64,000 nt of DNA from an uncultured Verrucomicrobiae bacterium (GTDB lineage: Bacteria; Verrucomicrobiota; Verrucomicrobiia; Chthoniobacterales; JAFAMB01). Both the position numbers and the translations under genes were made by a program. Position 1 is the first letter of the stretch; the number at the start of each line of letters is the position of its first letter. Positions 1-10,086 of this stretch are shown here, one piece after another. Below the pieces are notes generated by a model. That model was given only the letters and a program-made list of their open reading frames with translations, did no database searches and was not told the DNA's origin. The stretch lies in the NCBI GenBank assembly GCA_963782115.1, contig CAWAIK010000001.1, forward strand, positions 288,001-352,000, given 5' to 3'.

Positions 1-739
1 TTTCGAGGAGCGGCTTTACTCGGTTGAGGTGCCGGGTGTGGTTCAACGATCGGTGGGCGAGAAATTTTGGATTCCTGTGCCGTTTCGTAACCGATGGATG
101 TCGTCCCGCTGAAAAGTCGAGGCCAGTTGTAACCTCTTATAATTAATTTATATGGTTACTCCTTAGGCCCGTCTGGGTAACATGTCAAATGATGGTTTTC
201 AGGTTACGATCTCTCCTTGTCTTTTACCTCTGAAGAATTCCAGACCGCCCGCACGGAGGATTTTTGCCGGCAACATCACGCCATTGATTTTGCTACACCG
301 CCCCACGCCTGTCGGGGTCAGCCGTTGGGTCAGCCGTGAATGGCGCGAAGTTAAGCAGGGTTTGGGATGGTTTCTTGCCTCGAAGTGGCGATAGATTTCA
401 GGGTTTCCACCTTGATCATTATACACAATTTTGTCGGCGGGAAGCGGTCGCCCAGCGCCACTATCGCTGGAAAAGCATCGCTCGCCGGTGCGAACAAAAT
501 ACAGGCTGGAAGCCTGTGCTACTTTACGCCGTCGCGTGGTTGCCGTGGGTTCGCGGAGATTGCGCCAGGATGTCCTCCAGAGATCGCTCGACACTCCGGA
601 AAGCAATGTAGTATCAAAACTCCAGATCCCCTCCCTGCCGGCATATAGCAGGAAAGGAACTGAGATGAGACGGTTTTGCTCTTGTAGAAGAGGCTGAAGA
701 AAGGTGCCTTTTTTGCCCGAATGTGGCAACAATTTCGGC

Positions 740-1216
740 ATGCCACAGGTACAATTGCCGATCTTTCCGGCAGGAGTCACGCACATCAATTCGGAGATCG
801 CCTATGAGGAGCGGGATGGAAAGGTGTACTACTTTAATGGCCATCTGCCGGTGTTTGTCCATGAGAAGAGTGCTCTGGCGACTTTCCGGCTTTTTAGTAC
901 CCAATTAGTCATCAATGGCAATGCGACTCAAGCGGAGATATCTCGTGCGTTCGGGGTGCCGCTGGTCACCGTCAAACGCTATGTGAAGCTCTACCGGGAG
1001 CATGGGGCAGCGGCCTTTTTTGCCCCTGCCAAGAAGCGCTCGGGCAGCAAATTGACTGCGGAAGTTTGCCAACAGGTTCAAGGGTTATTGGACCAGGGAC
1101 TGACGGTGCCTGAAGTGGGTCGGGAGGTGGGGATTTTGTCCAATACCTTGCACAAGGCGATCCGTGCGGGTCGTCTGCGGGCCGGAAAAAAAAAGATTTA
1201 TCCAACGATGCGATAG
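740..1216 (+). CDS. Transposase OrfA (helix-turn-helix DNA-binding part)
   Basis: Two HTH-like segments (TQAEISRAFGVPLVTVKRYV; TVPEVGREVGILSNTLHKAI). It ends just after the A9G run. ATG 740 is preferred over GTG 704. Confidence 0.8.
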   Translation: MPQVQLPIFPAGVTHINSEIAYEERDGKVYYFNGHLPVFVHEKSALATFRLFSTQLVINGNATQAEISRAFGVPLVTVKRYVKLYREHGAAAFFAPAKKRSGSKLTAEVCQQVQGLLDQGLTVPEVGREVGILSNTLHKAIRAGRLRAGKKKIYPTMR

Positions 1217-2958
1217 CGAGCACCAAGAGCGAGCGCAGTCTAGCAGACATTCAAGCCCCGTTGGGTCGAGCAACAACGCGCAGCCTGGAACGGGTGGCGG
1301 CCAGCGTCGGCATGCTCCATGGGGCTCCCATTGAGTTTGAACTGGTTAAAGATGTTCCCGATGGAGGCGTGCTGTTTGCTCTGCCGGCGCTGTTGTTACT
1401 TGGACTCTTGAGCAAGAGCCGGGAGATGTTTTCGATGTTGGAGGGCTTCTATCCGCTGGAGAGCATCTTTCTACTTCTGGCGCTCATAGCCCTAGCGCGT
1501 ATTCCTTCGCTGGAAGCGTTGCGCTATGTGGCGCCGGGAGAATGGGGCAAGCTCATGGGGCTGGATCGCATTCCCGAAGTGCGCACCCTGCGGCAAAAGA
1601 TCACCCAACTCTGCTCTGAGCAGGGTCTGGCTGAGCGCTGGAGCAACGCTCTGGCCAAGCAATGGATGGCGCAGGAACCGGAGTGCGCCGGGGTTTTTTA
1701 CGCCGATGGTCATGTGCGGGTTTATCATGGAAAACTCACCGATCTGCCTCGGCGTTATATTGCCCGAGAACGGCTCTGTTTGCGCGGCACGACCGACTAC
1801 TGGGTTAATGCCATGGACGGCCGACCTTTCTTTGTGGTCAGCTGCGCCGTCGATCCCGGTTTACTCAGTGTGTTACGCGATCAGATTGTACCACGGCTCA
1901 AAGCCGATGTGCCAAACCAGCCCACTCTAGAGCAACTGGAAGCCGACCCACTCTTAAGCCGCTTTACGATCGTCTTCGACCGCGAAGGCTACTCGCCACG
2001 CTTCTTCGCCCAGATGAAAGAGGAGCGCATCGCGATCCTGACCTATCACAAGTTCCCTGGAGAGCTTTGGCCGGAGCAGGAATTTCGGACCCACAAGGTC
2101 AGCCTCGTCAATGGGGAGCAAGTCAGTCTGGAACTGGCCGAACGCGGTGTACGACTCTCCAATGATCTATGGGTGCGCGAGGTCCGGCACCTCTCGGAAA
2201 AAGGACACCAGAGCTCGATTTTAAGCACCGATTACCGCTCTGATTTGACCCGGGTAGCCGTGGCCATGTTTGCTAGATGGTGCCAGGAAATCTTTTTCAA
2301 ATATATGCGTCAACACTACAATCTGGATCGATTAATCGAGTACCAAACTGAATCCATTCCTGATACAACCCGGGTCATCAACCCGGCCTGGCGCCAACTC
2401 GACAGCCAGATCCGCCGCCAAAACGGATTACTTAACCGTGAACTACTCCAATTCGCAGAAATCCAGTTGCCCCAAGAAATGGAGTCCCAACAAGTCGAAG
2501 CCTATCAGCAAAAGAAGGGTCAACTGCAGCAGGCCATTGAAGAACGCCGCCCCCAAATCGAGCAACTTAAAGCTCAACGCAAAGCGCTTCCCAAACACAT
2601 CGAGATCAAAGATCTCCCTGAGCAGGATCGCTTCCGTCGGCTGCGTTCAGAGAAAAAACACTTCATCGACACGATCAAGCTCATCGCTTATCGGGCTGAA
2701 ACAGCCCTCGCCCAGCTTGCCCGCGAGAAGCTCAAACGCCTCGATGATGCCCGCTCACTGATTCGACAACTCTTCCGCACCGAAGTCGACCTCGTTCCCG
2801 ACCAGCAAAATAAAACTCTGACCGTGCGTTTGCACCCAATGAGCACCCAAGCACATGACGAAATCCTCCGCCACATCTGCGCAGAAATAACAGCTACAGA
2901 AACTGTTTTTCCAGGCACCGATCTGCGCCTCGTTTACGAAATCTCCGGCTCATCCTAA
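1195..2958 (+). CDS. Transposase OrfB, DDE-type catalytic part, probably made as an OrfA-OrfB frameshift fusion
   Basis: Motifs YADGH, VFDREG and RWCQEIFFK (RW..E..FK, as in IS4-superfamily enzymes). The frame is open from the A-run at 1186, and the stop lies just inside the IRR. Confidence 0.8.
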   Translation, partial: DLSNDAIASTKSERSLADIQAPLGRATTRSLERVAASVGMLHGAPIEFELVKDVPDGGVLFALPALLLLGLLSKSREMFSMLEGFYPLESIFLLLALIALARIPSLEALRYVAPGEWGKLMGLDRIPEVRTLRQKITQLCSEQGLAERWSNALAKQWMAQEPECAGVFYADGHVRVYHGKLTDLPRRYIARERLCLRGTTDYWVNAMDGRPFFVVSCAVDPGLLSVLRDQIVPRLKADVPNQPTLEQLEADPLLSRFTIVFDREGYSPRFFAQMKEERIAILTYHKFPGELWPEQEFRTHKVSLVNGEQVSLELAERGVRLSNDLWVREVRHLSEKGHQSSILSTDYRSDLTRVAVAMFARWCQEIFFKYMRQHYNLDRLIEYQTESIPDTTRVINPAWRQLDSQIRRQNGLLNRELLQFAEIQLPQEMESQQVEAYQQKKGQLQQAIEERRPQIEQLKAQRKALPKHIEIKDLPEQDRFRRLRSEKKHFIDTIKLIAYRAETALAQLAREKLKRLDDARSLIRQLFRTEVDLVPDQQNKTLTVRLHPMSTQAHDEILRHICAEITATETVFPGTDLRLVYEISGSS

Positions 2959-3373
2959 TTCAAGGGGATCTGGCGGTCTGAGTATAGGCTTCCAGCCTGT
3001 ATTGTTCGCACCATCAAGCGATGCTTTCCAGGTATCCTCCGTTTCTCCGATTTGTGTACAAAGATCCGGGTTGAAACCCCGGGCTGAGTCCTCTCGACCC
3101 CTTCGGGGTGAAGAACCATCCCAAATCGCCCTTATCTTCGCGCCATTCGGGTCAGCCGTTGACTTATGACATTCTTTGGCAGCCGCACCGCATCGTTGCG
3201 GATCTGAGTGATCACCGATTTTTACTACGAATGATCCACTTCGCTCAGTTTGGGCGCTAATCACCTGAAGCCGCCGCTAATCACACAAAGCTGCCGAATG
3301 GTGAGGCGCGAAGTATGAGTTGGGTAGGGCTAGAACCTCCAGAACCAACTTATCAATGCCTGTGGTGAAAGAG

Positions 3374-5608
3374 CTACGCCATGATTCTATCGACCTGTCG
3401 ATTATGGAATCGGTGGTTGGCGATCGCTTCGATAAAATCGGCGGCGAGTCTATCAACGCCGTCAGCCAACAGAACGCCCTGTTCCGCGGCGTCGGCGTCG
3501 GTTAGTAACTCACCGGTCTTCGTTTCCTTGACCAGCTCGGCTCCTTCACCGCTAGCAGCGATAGCCTTGCCGTGCTTGTAGGCCTCATCGATGAAGCGCA
3601 GGGCGTCGGGCACCTCTTTCAGCATCCCGATGCTTTCTCCTCCTCCCGGGACGTACACAGCATCAAAGATTACGGAACTGCTGTTGGCAAAGGTCTTGAT
3701 GACTTCAGTGACCCCGCCATCCCCCTCGATCTCTCCGATATGCGGGCCGATGATTTCGCTCGAAACGTTCTTTGCCATGAGCGCACTCTGCATCGTCTCG
3801 ACCTCATTGATAGCGACGCCGGCGGCCACGAGAATGGCGACTTTGCGGCCCTTCGCCAGCTTGGGTTGATCCACCTCCATGCTCAGCCCTTTCGTCTTGA
3901 GGAGGCCGCCCGAAGCAGTGGTCGGCGTGCTGGCCTGTTCGAGGAGTTTCAGCTCATCGGGGGTGTCGGAGGTTCCCTTCGAGGTCTTGGATTTCGATCT
4001 GGGCGGCGTGGCGCCAGCCTTTTCGCCGATACCCTTCGCCACTTGCGCGGCCAGCACATTGTTGATCTTTTCAAGATGTTCGAGGATGCGCTGGCGCACC
4101 TTGCGCGTCTCGACCTTGCTCAATTCAAACTGAAGCGCCTTGATGATGTGGTGCTTCTCCACCGGGGTCTGACTGTTCCAAAAAAGACTCGCCTGGCCGT
4201 AGTGGTCCTCGAAACTTGGGCTGCGCTCCCGGATTTTTGGCCCGCTGATCCTTTGCGTATAACTGGAGAAACCCGGCTTTGGCCCTACTTCCTCCAGCGT
4301 GTGGCCGTCGAGCGAGGAGGGCGCATAGGAGACGCGGCTCTTGTTGATCGTGACGCGCAGGTGGGCATCGCGCTGGTTATTGGAGAACGGACAAACTGGG
4401 CGATTGATGGGAATCTCGTGGAAATTCGGACTGCCGAGCCGGCTGAGCTGGGTGTCATTGTAAGAGAAGTTTCGTCCCTGCAGGAGCGGATCATTGCAGA
4501 AATCGATGCCGGGGACCACGTTGGAAGTCATGAATGCGACCTGCTCCGTCTCCGCGAAGTAATTGTCCGGGTTGCGATTCAGCACCATCTTGCCCACCCG
4601 TCGCACGGGGATGAGATCCTCAGGAATGATTTTGGTGGCGTCGAGAATGTCGAAATCGAACTTCATTTCCTCCTCCTCCGGCAGGATCTGAAGGCCGAGC
4701 TCCCATTCGAAGAAGTCGCCCTTCTCGAGGGAATCGAACATGTCCCGGCGATGGAAGTCGGGGTCTTGTCCCGCCAGCTTCACCGCTTCATCCCAGACCA
4801 GGGAATGAACGCCAAGGATCGGTTTCCAGTGGAACTTCACAAAGTGCGATTGGCCTTTCGCGTTGACGAGTCGGTAGGTGTGCACGCCGAAACCCTCCAT
4901 CATGGAAAAAGAGCGCGGAATAGCGCGATCGCTCATGATCCACATGAGCATGTGCATCGATTCCGGCGTAAGGGACATGAAATCATAGAAGGTATCGTGA
5001 GCGGAGGAAGCCTGCGGGATTTCATTATTCGGCTCCGGCTTCACGGAATGAATCAGATCAGGGAATTTAATGGCATCCTGAATGAAGAAGACGGGGATGT
5101 TGTTGCCGACCAGGTCCCAATTGCCTTCCGGGGTGTACATCTTCACTGCGAAACCGCGCACATCGCGCGCCGTATCCGCCGAGCCGCGTGAACCGGCCAC
5201 GGTGGAAAAGCGAACGAAGACCGGCGTCTTAAGGCTCGGGTCAGTCAGGACTTTGGCGATGGTGTATTTCGCAAGCGAGTCGTCGTACACCTGGAAGACA
5301 CCGTGTGCCGCCGCACCGCGTGCGTGCACCACCCGTTCGGGAATCCGCTCGTGATCGAAGTGCTGGATCTTCTCGCGAAGAACCTGATCTTCCATCAGCG
5401 TCGGCCCGCGCTGGCCGGCACGCAACGAATTCTGATCCGTGCTGATCGGTTGACCCTGATTCGTGGTCATCGGATCCTTATCCTCGGTGGTGACCGTTGC
5501 AAGATCCCTCTCTTTTATGGTGGAGTTTGCAGAGGGAGGGTTGGGCAGCGTTTTATTCTGTGCGATAGAAGGTTCTTTGGAAAGATTTTTAGCTTTGTCG
5601 GATTTCAT
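3374..5608 (-). CDS. katE: Large-subunit catalase HPII with C-terminal DJ-1/PfpI-like domain
   Basis: [46 protein letters not shown]-terminal FDAVYVPGG...EAYKHGKAI. Confidence 0.97.
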   Translation of the reverse strand: MKSDKAKNLSKEPSIAQNKTLPNPPSANSTIKERDLATVTTEDKDPMTTNQGQPISTDQNSLRAGQRGPTLMEDQVLREKIQHFDHERIPERVVHARGAAAHGVFQVYDDSLAKYTIAKVLTDPSLKTPVFVRFSTVAGSRGSADTARDVRGFAVKMYTPEGNWDLVGNNIPVFFIQDAIKFPDLIHSVKPEPNNEIPQASSAHDTFYDFMSLTPESMHMLMWIMSDRAIPRSFSMMEGFGVHTYRLVNAKGQSHFVKFHWKPILGVHSLVWDEAVKLAGQDPDFHRRDMFDSLEKGDFFEWELGLQILPEEEEMKFDFDILDATKIIPEDLIPVRRVGKMVLNRNPDNYFAETEQVAFMTSNVVPGIDFCNDPLLQGRNFSYNDTQLSRLGSPNFHEIPINRPVCPFSNNQRDAHLRVTINKSRVSYAPSSLDGHTLEEVGPKPGFSSYTQRISGPKIRERSPSFEDHYGQASLFWNSQTPVEKHHIIKALQFELSKVETRKVRQRILEHLEKINNVLAAQVAKGIGEKAGATPPRSKSKTSKGTSDTPDELKLLEQASTPTTASGGLLKTKGLSMEVDQPKLAKGRKVAILVAAGVAINEVETMQSALMAKNVSSEIIGPHIGEIEGDGGVTEVIKTFANSSSVIFDAVYVPGGGESIGMLKEVPDALRFIDEAYKHGKAIAASGEGAELVKETKTGELLTDADAAEQGVLLADGVDRLAADFIEAIANHRFHNRQVDRIMA

Positions 5609-5769
5609 AAGATTAATTGGGCTTTAATTTGGAAGATAGGGAATCTTCCGTCCCCGACCCATGTGTGAGCGCAGTCACGCAGATCCTCAAGCCGGTCTCT
5701 GGCTATTCGCACGTAAGGCTTCGGCCGGACTTGAGAAGATGAAGGTGCTGTCCCCGACCGTAAATTTCC

Positions 5770-8283
5770 TTATCTCCCGGTTCGGCCGGCAGCCGCTGCG
5801 ACCATAGTGATCAACTCGACCGGTTCGACCGGTTTGGCGATGTGCATCTGAAAGCCCGCGGCGATGGCTTTAACGCGATCGTCGACACGGGCGTAAGCAG
5901 TCAAAGCGATAGCCGGAATGGCTCCGCCGCTGGCTGCGCCAAGTGACCGTATACGTTTGATCAGCGAATACCCATCTTCGCCGGGCATGCCGATGTCGCA
6001 CACCAGAACGTCGAACCTGCGACCTTGGAGCAGCTCAACTGCTTCTTTGGCCGACTCGGCAGCTGTTACGACTGCCTGGCAACCTTCGAGTAGACGTTGA
6101 ACCAACGAGCGAGCATCCGTTTCGTCATCGACCACGAGTACGCGTACGCCTTTAATATCAACACCAACATCCGCTGTGCCGATGCGTTTTAGTGCTAAAC
6201 GCGGGTGACGGCGCTCGGTCTCCGGTTCACGATAGCCATGCAAAACCGTAAACGGCAAGTCGATGATGAAAGTTGATCCACGTCCGGGCCCGTCGCTCTT
6301 GACGCGAACCGATCCGCCATGAAGTTCGACCAATTGTTTCACAATCGAAAGGCCGAGTCCAAGGCCGCCGTGGCGCCGGGTAGTGGAAGCGTCGGCCTGC
6401 CGAAAGCGGTCAAAGACGAAGGGCAGAAAATCCACCTTGATGCCCTCGCCGGTGTCAATCACGCTAATTTCAAGACGGGAGTTAACGCGTTCGACCAGCA
6501 CCTGCACGCGTCCGCCCTTTGGCGTGAACTTCACCGCATTGGAAAGCAGGTTCCACAGCACCTGGTTTAGCCGATTAAAGTCACCGCTCACTACAATGCC
6601 ATCCAGCGGATCAATAATTGTCTGCAGTCGAACCCCTTTAGCTTCAGCCGTCGGCCGGGCAGTCTCCACCGCCGACTGAACGATGGCCGAAAGATCGAGT
6701 CGCTGCACGTTAAGGCGCACCCGACCCGAAATGATGCGGCTCATGTCCAGAAGGTCTTCGATGATCTCCGACTGCGCGCGAGCATTGCGTTCGATGACTT
6801 CCAACCCCTGAGCAATAACTACCGTATTGGTGTGGTCTTGTTTCATGATATGCGACCAACCAAGGATGCCGTTGAGAGGCGTCCTAAGTTCGTGGGACAG
6901 AGTAGCCAGAAATTCATCCTTGAGAAGGCTCGCACGCTCTGCAGCCGATCGGGCAGCACGCTCGGCTTGGAGCAGATCGTCTCGCTGTGATTCCGCCCGC
7001 TTCAGATCAGTGATGTCGGTTCCAGTCGGAGCGATGAACACGGTGCGGCCCATCTCATCCTTTATGGGAAGAAGAACTAAGCTCACCATTCTTTGACCGC
7101 CATCCGCGACGAAGTAGGGAATCTCCGCCCGAAAGGCTTCGCCGGCGGCTGTGCGGGCAACTGCTAACTTGATCTGCTGCGCCAGTGCCGCCGACGGGCA
7201 CCACCAGGGACACTCCCAGAACGGCTTTCCGACCACCTGCTCCTTTGTGTACCCACATGATTCCAAGGAGAGGCGGTTTGCCTCGATGATGGTGCCGTCC
7301 AGAGCCATGATGCCCGCAAAGAGTGGCCCCTGTTCAAAGAACGCCCGGAACTTGGCGTTGGCCGCCTCGGCTTTCTCCATCGCCATTTTAAGGGCCACCT
7401 CCGAATTTTTGCGCTCAGTGATGTTTCGAGCCACCTTGGACGCGCCGACCACATGGTCCAGGGAATCCTTGATCGGAGAAACCGTGATCGAGACGTTGAG
7501 CTGCCGCCCGTCTTTAGCGAGACGAATGGTTTCAAAATGACCGAAGCGTTCGCCGCGCCGGATCCGGGAGAGGATCTCCCGTTCCTCATCCCGGCGATCC
7601 GGTGGAATCAATCGCATGATCGACGCGCCGATCATTTCGTCGGCGGTGTACCCGAAGATCTGCTCCGCTCCGAAATTCCAACTGGTGACGATACCGTTCA
7701 AATCCTTTCCGATGATCGCGTCGTCGGACGAGGCGACGATGGCCGCCAGGCGGCGAGAAGTGATTTCGGCCAAATGATGCTCGGTCACGTCGCGGTAGCG
7801 CCAAACGCGGCCTGCGCTTTGTCCTTCAATGGTCAGGACCTTGGAATAACGCTCCAAAATTCGGCCGTCCTTCAACTCCAGCACGTCGAAGCTCTCTTGC
7901 GTGCTGGCGACGATTTCTTCAATCCGAGCGATAAACTGTTGCGGCTTGGCGAAGTTTTGGCTCATAAGTTTCCGCACCTCGGATAGCATCCCGACCTCCA
8001 GGACCTTCTGCGGAACCCCCCACATGGCGAGATACTTTTCGTTAAAGTCCGCGACCTTCTCTTTCTCGTCGACGACCAGGATTGCATCCGTGGTCGATTC
8101 CAGCGTCGCTCGCATCACCATGAGCGCCTGGGAGAGTTCTCTGGTGCGTTGTTCGAGGACTTCGTTCGCTCGACGAATCTCTTGCTCGGCATGCTGCCGG
8201 ATTTGCAGGACGGTGGCCGCCGTCTCCAGGAGGGTAGCCCGGAGCCGTTTTGTTTCCTCCTCAGGTTGGCCGCTATCTGCCAT
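5770..8283 (-). CDS. Cytoplasmic hybrid sensor histidine kinase (3 PAS - HisKA - HATPase - receiver)
   Basis: PAS repeats (AIVASSDDAII..WNFGAEQIFGY), H-box FLATLSHELRTPL, NLLSNAVKFT, GGLGLGL, receiver VLVVDD..CDIGMP..KP. Confidence 0.95.
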   Translation of the reverse strand: MADSGQPEEETKRLRATLLETAATVLQIRQHAEQEIRRANEVLEQRTRELSQALMVMRATLESTTDAILVVDEKEKVADFNEKYLAMWGVPQKVLEVGMLSEVRKLMSQNFAKPQQFIARIEEIVASTQESFDVLELKDGRILERYSKVLTIEGQSAGRVWRYRDVTEHHLAEITSRRLAAIVASSDDAIIGKDLNGIVTSWNFGAEQIFGYTADEMIGASIMRLIPPDRRDEEREILSRIRRGERFGHFETIRLAKDGRQLNVSITVSPIKDSLDHVVGASKVARNITERKNSEVALKMAMEKAEAANAKFRAFFEQGPLFAGIMALDGTIIEANRLSLESCGYTKEQVVGKPFWECPWWCPSAALAQQIKLAVARTAAGEAFRAEIPYFVADGGQRMVSLVLLPIKDEMGRTVFIAPTGTDITDLKRAESQRDDLLQAERAARSAAERASLLKDEFLATLSHELRTPLNGILGWSHIMKQDHTNTVVIAQGLEVIERNARAQSEIIEDLLDMSRIISGRVRLNVQRLDLSAIVQSAVETARPTAEAKGVRLQTIIDPLDGIVVSGDFNRLNQVLWNLLSNAVKFTPKGGRVQVLVERVNSRLEISVIDTGEGIKVDFLPFVFDRFRQADASTTRRHGGLGLGLSIVKQLVELHGGSVRVKSDGPGRGSTFIIDLPFTVLHGYREPETERRHPRLALKRIGTADVGVDIKGVRVLVVDDETDARSLVQRLLEGCQAVVTAAESAKEAVELLQGRRFDVLVCDIGMPGEDGYSLIKRIRSLGAASGGAIPAIALTAYARVDDRVKAIAAGFQMHIAKPVEPVELITMVAAAAGRTGR

Positions 8284-9334
8284 TGATCATTTCTTCAGCC
8301 AGCGCCGTTCCTTCCACACGCGCCCGAATCTTGGCAAACGCCTTTTCCCGCGTGGTCGAAGTGTCGTCGCAGAATGGTGAAAAACCGCAGTCATCTGTGG
8401 TTCCCAGTTGTTCCACTGGTATATATCGCGCCGCCTCCAGGATGCGGTCGCGGATTTCTTTAGGATGTTCGACCCGCGGATCGATGGGCGAAACTACTCC
8501 GATGAATATCTGGTGCCCGGGTTTGAGATATTGTCGGATGATCTTCAGCACTCGCGTGCGATCCGGTTCCCCAGCCAGCGCGATATAAAAGTTTCCCGCC
8601 CGGAGCTCAAAAAGGCCCGGCAGAAGTTCGGCGTAATCCACCTGCGCGCTGTGGGTCGAATCCCTGTCCGAACCCGGGCAGGTATGAACTCCGATCCGCT
8701 TGCGTTCCGCCTCGGAGAAACGACTGAGGGCGAGATTGTTGAGCTCAATGAAGCTGTTGAGCAGCGATCCGGACGGATCGATCTTGACCGCCAGACGCCC
8801 CTCAGTGAAATCGACCTGGACCTTGTGCGCGCCCTTCGCAAGACACCCGCGGATCTCCTTTTCATGCTCGGCGAGCAAATCCCTGATGAATTCTTCCCGA
8901 GAGTAGTCAGGAAGGTTCTCCGCCGGGTACATGAGGCTTAGCGCCGAGGGAGAAATGACGGCCTGCTTAACCGGGACATGCGCGTACTTCAGTGCCCGCT
9001 CGAGAAAATCGTAGCCAAACATCAGAAACCGAAACGGCCCGGCTGTCAGCCGCGGCCACCTGCGAATGTGTCCAGCAGCGAACGGCAATTTGAACCCATC
9101 GGGCGCGGTATTTGGCAGCCCCTCGACGCAGTAAGTCGCGAAGTTGTGATACTTTCGTTGCTCCCCATCGGTGACCACCGGTGAGCCGGTAGCCTCAAAC
9201 TGCTCGATCGTCTCTCGGATCGCTTCCTCGTAAAAGGGCTCCAGAAGAGGATTCGCGCTGCCGTACCGACTGATCGCATCAAGCAATGCTAAAGGGCGAG
9301 GTATACTCCCGATCGGTTCCGTCGGAATAGTCAT
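8273..9334 (-). CDS. Cobalamin-independent methionine synthase II family (MetE C-terminal-domain-only) protein
   Basis: N-terminal TEPIGSIPRP, VVTDGEQRK, zinc motifs GVHTCPG and TTDDCGF. At 353 aa it is a single barrel. Confidence 0.9.
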   Translation of the reverse strand: MTIPTEPIGSIPRPLALLDAISRYGSANPLLEPFYEEAIRETIEQFEATGSPVVTDGEQRKYHNFATYCVEGLPNTAPDGFKLPFAAGHIRRWPRLTAGPFRFLMFGYDFLERALKYAHVPVKQAVISPSALSLMYPAENLPDYSREEFIRDLLAEHEKEIRGCLAKGAHKVQVDFTEGRLAVKIDPSGSLLNSFIELNNLALSRFSEAERKRIGVHTCPGSDRDSTHSAQVDYAELLPGLFELRAGNFYIALAGEPDRTRVLKIIRQYLKPGHQIFIGVVSPIDPRVEHPKEIRDRILEAARYIPVEQLGTTDDCGFSPFCDDTSTTREKAFAKIRARVEGTALAEEMINGR

Positions 9335-9401
9335 GGCTCAGTTTTCAACATATTGAGATCCAGTATGCCTGCCGTCAAGGAACACTCTGACGACGCTCCT
9401 G

Positions 9402-9845
9402 GTGTTGAATGCTGTTGATTTTCGCGGCAAAAGTGGAAAGAAACACAAAATTGCAGTCTCTGATCCGCGCTTGGCAAAAATCGTTCGTAGGTGCCAGGAT
9501 CTGCCCGGACAACGCCTTTTTGAGTATTCGGATTCGGATGGCAAGACCAGGGAGATTTGCTCCGATGATGTAAACGAATACCTGCAAACAATTAGTGGTC
9601 AGCCCTTTACGGCAAAGGATTTTCGGACGTGGGCTGGGACTGTCTTAGCGGCCATCGCCTTGCGCCAGATGGAAGAAGTAGACAGCAAAACTGCGGCCAA
9701 AAGAAATGTAGTGACAGCCGTCGAAGCCGTCGCGCGCATGTTGGGTAATACTGCGGCAATATGCCGGAAGTGTTATATCCATCCCACGGTGATAACCACC
9801 TATATGGATGGGAGTTTAGCTCGATTCACTTCGAATCAAGGCTGA
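9402..9845 (+). pseudogene. Bacterial DNA topoisomerase IB, C-terminal fragment
   Basis: DFRGKSGK, CQDLPGQRLF, FTAKDFRTWAGT, LGNTAAICRKCYIHP. The N-terminal half is absent. Confidence 0.85.
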
Positions 9846-10086
9846 CACCGAAATCTCTGAACATTTGCACGATCTGAGACCGGAGGAAGCAGCGGTATTG
9901 GCCCTGCTCCGGGGAGAGCTGGATCGTCGCTCCGGGTTGGCAGGGGCTTAGAAGACGCCCAGGAACGAAACCGTTGGCATCCAGTCGCAGTCTCGATGGT
10001 GGGCGATCTCGGTGCCGCAGATCAGCAAGACCTAAACAAAAACGCGACCACGCATTCCGCTGCGGGCGAATGGAGTCAAACCAATC

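Larger units (their letters stand above)
614..2981 (+). mobile_element. Insertion sequence (2368 bp) with 19-bp imperfect TIRs and a 3-bp GTA target duplication
   Basis: IRL TCAAAACTCCAGATCCCCT (614-632) matches the reverse complement of IRR AGGGGATCTGGCGGTCTGA (2963-2981) at 16/19. GTA occurs at 611-613 and 2982-2984. Transposase ORFs fill the interval. Confidence 0.85.
467..3031. repeat. Inverted pair of GTAG-type REP-like palindromes; the right arm is interrupted by the IS
   Basis: 467-522 (CTGGAAAAGCATCGCTCGCCGGTGCGAACAAAATACAGGCTGGAAGCCTGTGCTAC) is the near reverse complement of 608-613 joined to 2985-3031 (GTAGTA|TAGGCTTCCAGCCTGTATTGTTCGCACCATCAAGCGATGCTTTCCAG). Confidence 0.8.
338..3148. 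mobile_element. Non-autonomous MITE (~440 bp once the nested IS is removed), with ends resembling the IS4 subgroup
   Basis: Imperfect ~48-bp terminal inverted repeats: GAATGGCGCGAAG... (338-385) and ...CTTCGCGCCATTC (3101-3148). A perfect 11-bp direct repeat GGGTCAGCCGT lies immediately outside both ends (327-337 and 3149-3159). Confidence 0.8.

Noticed and set aside
199..789. 196-aa minus-strand ORF and other short ORFs at the window start
   Set aside because: They run across REP/MITE repeats and the IS end, so they are translations of repeat DNA.
3572..5191. 539-aa ORF on the + strand
   Set aside because: Antisense shadow of katE; no recognisable motifs. Long antisense frames are common opposite GC3-rich genes.
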